A stretch of 64,000 bases of DNA from an uncultured Candidatus Marinamargulisbacteria bacterium (GTDB lineage Bacteria > Margulisbacteria > Riflemargulisbacteria > GWF2-35-9 > DYQY01), in assembly GCA_964643725.1 (NCBI GenBank), contig CAZXTL010000003.1, positions 34,555 to 98,554 of the forward strand. Direction: 5' to 3'. Every line of letters begins with the position of its first letter. The stretch's first letter is position 1. A model generated the notes under the pieces. The model was not told the DNA's origin, made no database searches, and saw only the letters and a list, made by a program, of their open reading frames with translations. A program made the translations under genes and the position numbers. Shown piece by piece: positions 60,697 to 64,000 of the stretch.

Positions 60697-60921
60697 AATT
60701 AGAATTTGTCTGTGTGCTGAGTGACAGAGGAAAATCCAATTTTTAAGTATGGTTACCAATGTGTGACTAAATCAATATTCTTAAAAGTAGGGAATCGCCA
60801 GAACCCTTATAGATAATGGCGGGGACTCCGGGCACTCAAAGTCTATGACTTTGAGGATTGCCACTAAATTCTCCCTCTATTTCACTCGGGATCATTAAGT
60901 GGAGCAATAACGAACCGCACG

Positions 60922-60995
60922 GTTCGAAATCCTTGCTAACGCAAGTATTTATTCAGCTGACGCTGAATGGCGCCCGTTCTGTTGAACGTTTTCTG
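60922..60995 (+). repeat. Right copy of ~74-bp structured direct repeat flanking Fic gene
   Basis: cttgctaacgcaagtatttattcag identical to 59417-59441. Confidence 0.8.
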
Positions 60996-61065
60996 ATTAG
61001 TGATTATTGATTTATTTGGATTTTGGTTTTTGACATTTGGGGTTGCCATTTTTTCTTTAAAAAAA

Positions 61066-61110
61066 TGGCGGGGACGAACGGGCTCGAACCGTCGACCTCC
61101 TGCGTGACAG
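61066..61110 (-). pseudogene. 3' half of tRNA-Asp(GTC), probable att duplication
   Basis: Minus strand CTGTCAC-GCAGG-AGGTC-GACGG-TTCGAGC-CCGTT-CGTCCCC-G-CCA; 5' half absent, break at first base of anticodon loop. Confidence 0.85.
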
Positions 61111-61388
61111 ATGGTTAAAGGCTTTCAGCTGAAATCAGAAGAGTAATATTCATAAGGAATGTAGCAAAATGAGATTAGTTCAAATTAGTTGAAATTTAAT
61201 CAACTTGTTACCAATGTGTTACCAAATTTATTAAAGAGTATATTGAGGACGGTAGGGGGTTTATTCACTTTGCTAAACGAAAGCCTAATATCTGTGTAGC
61301 AAATTTTTATAATTTTTTAATATATTCATGTAAGATTCCAGCATATCTCGCATATATCTTTTTTTTATTACTATGATATATTTGAAGA

Positions 61389-61853
61389 ATGACAAAAACA
61401 GAAGACCAAATGATGGATGAATTTTATGGTGATTGTGAGATAGCAAATAAAATTAAGCTCAATAGTAAAAATATTAATCTAACACATAAGATTGCATCCG
61501 AGACATACGCAAAAGGTTGGAATAACTTAGACTTAAAAGATTTCTATACACTTATGCATGACAACTGTAGATATGAATCTCAATATGTTCTTACAGCATT
61601 AGGTTCAAAAAAAGAAATACTAGAATATTTTGAAGGGAAAACGACTTCACTTAAAAAAGATATAACTAATGAGTATGTGATAGTAGCAAAAATAGCTAAA
61701 ATACATTCACCAACAGGATATGACACTGGAGTTGCTATATATCAAGGAAATACGACTGAACCTAGACTTCTTGTTGTTTTCTCAATAAAAGATAATAAGA
61801 TTAACCGTATTGATTCATGCATACCAACTCTGTTTGAATTTAGCACTTATTAG
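61389..61853 (+). CDS. Hypothetical protein, SnoaL/NTF2-like fold
   Basis: YAKGWNNLD..F..LMHDNCRYES...GSKKEILEYF...DNKINRI pattern. Confidence 0.6.
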   Translation: MTKTEDQMMDEFYGDCEIANKIKLNSKNINLTHKIASETYAKGWNNLDLKDFYTLMHDNCRYESQYVLTALGSKKEILEYFEGKTTSLKKDITNEYVIVAKIAKIHSPTGYDTGVAIYQGNTTEPRLLVVFSIKDNKINRIDSCIPTLFEFSTY

Positions 61854-61968
61854 TTAAATTTATTAGGTTCCCGTATAAGGTTTCAAGTTAATATATGTTG
61901 AATAAAAAATCAATTAATTCACATTATAATAATTAGATTCTTTCATTCATTTTCTCTATTATTTTTCT

Positions 61969-62739
61969 TTAACTTCTATAAACTTTGGTGAAGTATAAAT
62001 AATTTAGTATCTTTTCCGCATGTAATGTTTGTTTTAATTCTTCGAACAGAATCGATGGTTTTCCCTTATGCAAATCTTCATGGCAATTTGCACATACTAT
62101 TGAAAGTTCTGATAGTTTTGTATCAGTTTCTATTAACATGTTAGAAACAGGAGTTTTGTGATGACATTCAGCTAATGATTTTCCACGAGCTCCATAAAAG
62201 AAATTAAAATCAAGTCCACAAACTTCACAGCGAAGAACCCTGTCCTCAGATAATACTTGTCGCTTCTTTCTTTTTGATAATAATGGATTTCGTTCTATCA
62301 TTTTATGTATTCTTTTTAAAACTTTATTTTCGGAAGTCTCTTCGTATTCGTCCGTTATTGTTATTTCAGTTAACTTAATTCTTACAGCATCTGACTTATA
62401 AGATAACGTTTTTATTAAATTAGCTAGTTCTGCTAATTTTTCTTTTTGATTTGCAAATTCTTCCCATATTTCTTTATCTAATTTAGAAACAGAGAAAAGT
62501 CTTTTTCCTAAATAACTTGGGTCAAAATGTAAAAATTTATATAATTTCATATGAACGCCTTTGGGATTTCTAATCCTTTCTTTTTGCTCATAGTTTAGAT
62601 GGACTGGCAATGCATTTAAAATATTACTTAATTCAATAATCTCTGGCGATTTATCACTACTATTTGTTGGACTTACTCTAAAATATAAATCTAATACTAA
62701 TATAATTTCATCCCTAGTCCAGGGTGTATTACTACTCAT
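61969..62739 (-). CDS. HNH endonuclease, McrA-like modification-dependent restriction candidate
   Basis: WTRDEIILVLDLY N-domain; ERN, CEVCG, ECHH, VCANCHEDLH zinc/HNH motif. Confidence 0.82.
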   Translation of the reverse strand: MSSNTPWTRDEIILVLDLYFRVSPTNSSDKSPEIIELSNILNALPVHLNYEQKERIRNPKGVHMKLYKFLHFDPSYLGKRLFSVSKLDKEIWEEFANQKEKLAELANLIKTLSYKSDAVRIKLTEITITDEYEETSENKVLKRIHKMIERNPLLSKRKKRQVLSEDRVLRCEVCGLDFNFFYGARGKSLAECHHKTPVSNMLIETDTKLSELSIVCANCHEDLHKGKPSILFEELKQTLHAEKILNYLYFTKVYRS

Positions 62740-63077
62740 AATATCAAGTGTATTGATGCTTTAATTTAAAAGCAAGGTTGTCACCTATTTCAACTAGCTT
62801 TAATGTACTTCTAGTTACTGTAGATATTTGAAGCCTTCTCTATGAAACAACAAGAGATAATAATGACTAAGCCTATAATTAAGCAGAAAAAGCCATAAAG
62901 AAGCAATACCTATTTAATAAAGAAACTTATAGACGCATATCCTGAAGAGTTATCCAATGGAGTAATTGGTTTAAATAATTATTATAAAGTTAATGGGTGG
63001 TAGGGTTTCTGGAAGCCGACAACACAACATTAATATCTGGGTAGAAATTTTTTATCAAAAATTAAAGTTTCATTTTT

Positions 63078-63293
63078 TTATAAATTTTCTTTTAGTAATA
63101 TTTTATAAAGTGAAATTTCTAATCCTTTTGAAATACTTATTAGTGTTGATAGCTTTGGGTCTATAAGCCCATTTTCTATTCTATAAATTGTTTTTAAAGA
63201 TAATAGAGATTTTTCAGCTAGCTTTTCTTGACTGAAGTTTTTAGCTTCCCTGAAGCCTTTAATAATGTTACCTATTTGGACTGATACTTCCAT
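63078..63293 (-). CDS. XRE-family HTH regulator, C-protein-like
   Basis: IGNIIKGFREAKNFSQEKLAEKS..TIYRIENG..PKLSTL..ISKGL, 71 aa. Confidence 0.88.
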   Translation of the reverse strand: MEVSVQIGNIIKGFREAKNFSQEKLAEKSLLSLKTIYRIENGLIDPKLSTLISISKGLEISLYKILLKENL

Positions 63294-63318
63294 ACATAAA
63301 ATGTACCCTTAAGATTTC

Positions 63319-63343
63319 TTTATGTCTTTGGACTTTTATGTCC
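63319..63343. promoter_or_regulatory. Probable operator pair between divergent promoters
   Basis: GGAC-N6-GTCC palindrome (63330-63343) and TTTATGTC repeated at 63319 and 63335. Confidence 0.5.
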
Positions 63344-63363
63344 ATATCGGGTAATATATTTTT

Positions 63364-63708
63364 ATGGGATTTATTATCTTTATTGTTGTTCTATTATTAA
63401 TATTTTTTCTAAGAACAATATTCATGGCTTCGTTTCAAGAAGATGAAAGAAAAAATGACGTAAATAATCTAGTTGAAAACGTATCAGCCTATGAGGTTAT
63501 AGAAAAATATTCCGACGACCCTAAATGGGCAGTTTATTTACATCTAAAAAATGGAAACAAATTATGGAGTCAAACAATTAAAGGAAGTTTTATGGCTAAA
63601 CATCCCATTTCTGATTTAACTTTTGTTTTTTCTACAAAAGAAGAAGCAATCGATTATGCAAAAGGTATGTTTATTAATGCAACATTAATTTCACATACAG
63701 GAAAATAA
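63364..63708 (+). CDS. Hypothetical protein with N-terminal membrane anchor
   Basis: MGFIIFIVVLLLIFFLR; followed by hairpin 63714-63735. Confidence 0.65.
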   Translation: MGFIIFIVVLLLIFFLRTIFMASFQEDERKNDVNNLVENVSAYEVIEKYSDDPKWAVYLHLKNGNKLWSQTIKGSFMAKHPISDLTFVFSTKEEAIDYAKGMFINATLISHTGK

Positions 63709-63804
63709 TATTGCTCATCCTTATATAGGATGGGTGTTTGTTTTATTGCAGTTTTAATTTTTTGACACAAGAGTTAAATTTAAATTATTAAAAAGGAAGT
63801 TAAT

Positions 63805-64000
63805 ATGGGTGTAATGAATTGGGTGTCATTAAAATTAATGAAAAAGGAAAACACTAGAGAAAAAGTAAGTCCTATTCCAAAAGAAATTAATAGTATTACT
63901 GAGCAAACAAATTCAACTAATAATTCAACACTTAATATAAATATTGATAAAGGTGGTGAGACTTTTTATTCAATACTTAGCTTACTTTTAGGAAAAGAGC
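63805..64000 (+). CDS. Hypothetical protein, truncated by window end
   Basis: AAGGAAG SD, open frame MGVMNWVSLKLMKKENT... to 64000. Confidence 0.5.
   Translation, partial: MGVMNWVSLKLMKKENTREKVSPIPKEINSITEQTNSTNNSTLNINIDKGGETFYSILSLLLGKE

Larger units (their letters stand above)
61066..64000. mobile_element. End of an integrated element (genomic island or prophage) at tRNA-Asp, continuing beyond window
   Basis: tRNA 3' fragment, TGTTACCAA direct repeats at 61206-61225 (arm-site-like), cargo of HNH nuclease, XRE regulator and orphans; integrase not in window. Confidence 0.7.

Noticed and set aside
61066-61390. Intron-split tRNA-Asp (group I intron in the anticodon loop)
   Set aside because: No terminal G before the 3' exon, no intron core, and no 5' exon in the window; the att interpretation fits better.
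62811-62906. 31-aa hydrophobic peptide as a real gene
   Set aside because: TTG start with weak SD and an in-frame stop two codons upstream suggests a decayed membrane-protein fragment.

Overview
A low-GC (roughly one third GC by eye) bacterial chromosome segment, probably from an anaerobe (IorAB, paired PaaK, iron-sulfur flavoprotein, CoA-disulfide reductase fusion, several radical SAM enzymes). About 59 kb is core or accessory backbone: pheS-pheT-mutS, glnS, an aryl-acid activation cluster, a persulfide-handling locus, typA, a run of rRNA/tRNA modification and ribosome-associated genes, and thyA-folA. The right end holds a Fic gene between ~74-bp direct repeats, a scrambled array of tRNA-Asp 3' fragments, and a 45-nt tRNA-Asp(GTC) 3' half broken exactly at the anticodon loop. 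That fragment looks like the att end of an integrated element running beyond the window, carrying an HNH nuclease and a C-protein-like regulator. I found no CRISPR array, rRNA, complete tRNA, transposase or integrase. The least-explained signals are non-coding or at gene starts. (1) A conserved structured scaffold occurs twice (6621-6860 and, inverted, 18880-19047), with different hairpin modules inserted in each copy. (2) Several REP-like hairpin families are present, one bracketing a DUF559 nuclease gene and one showing compensatory base changes. (3) About 17 genes have a -10 box 6-7 nt before the ATG and no Shine-Dalgarno, suggesting pervasive leaderless expression. (4) A small group of orphan or divergent proteins shares a CGATA (sigma28-like) upstream motif and/or an N-terminal YKII motif, possibly an export regulon. 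All functional calls come from motif recognition only; no searches were run.
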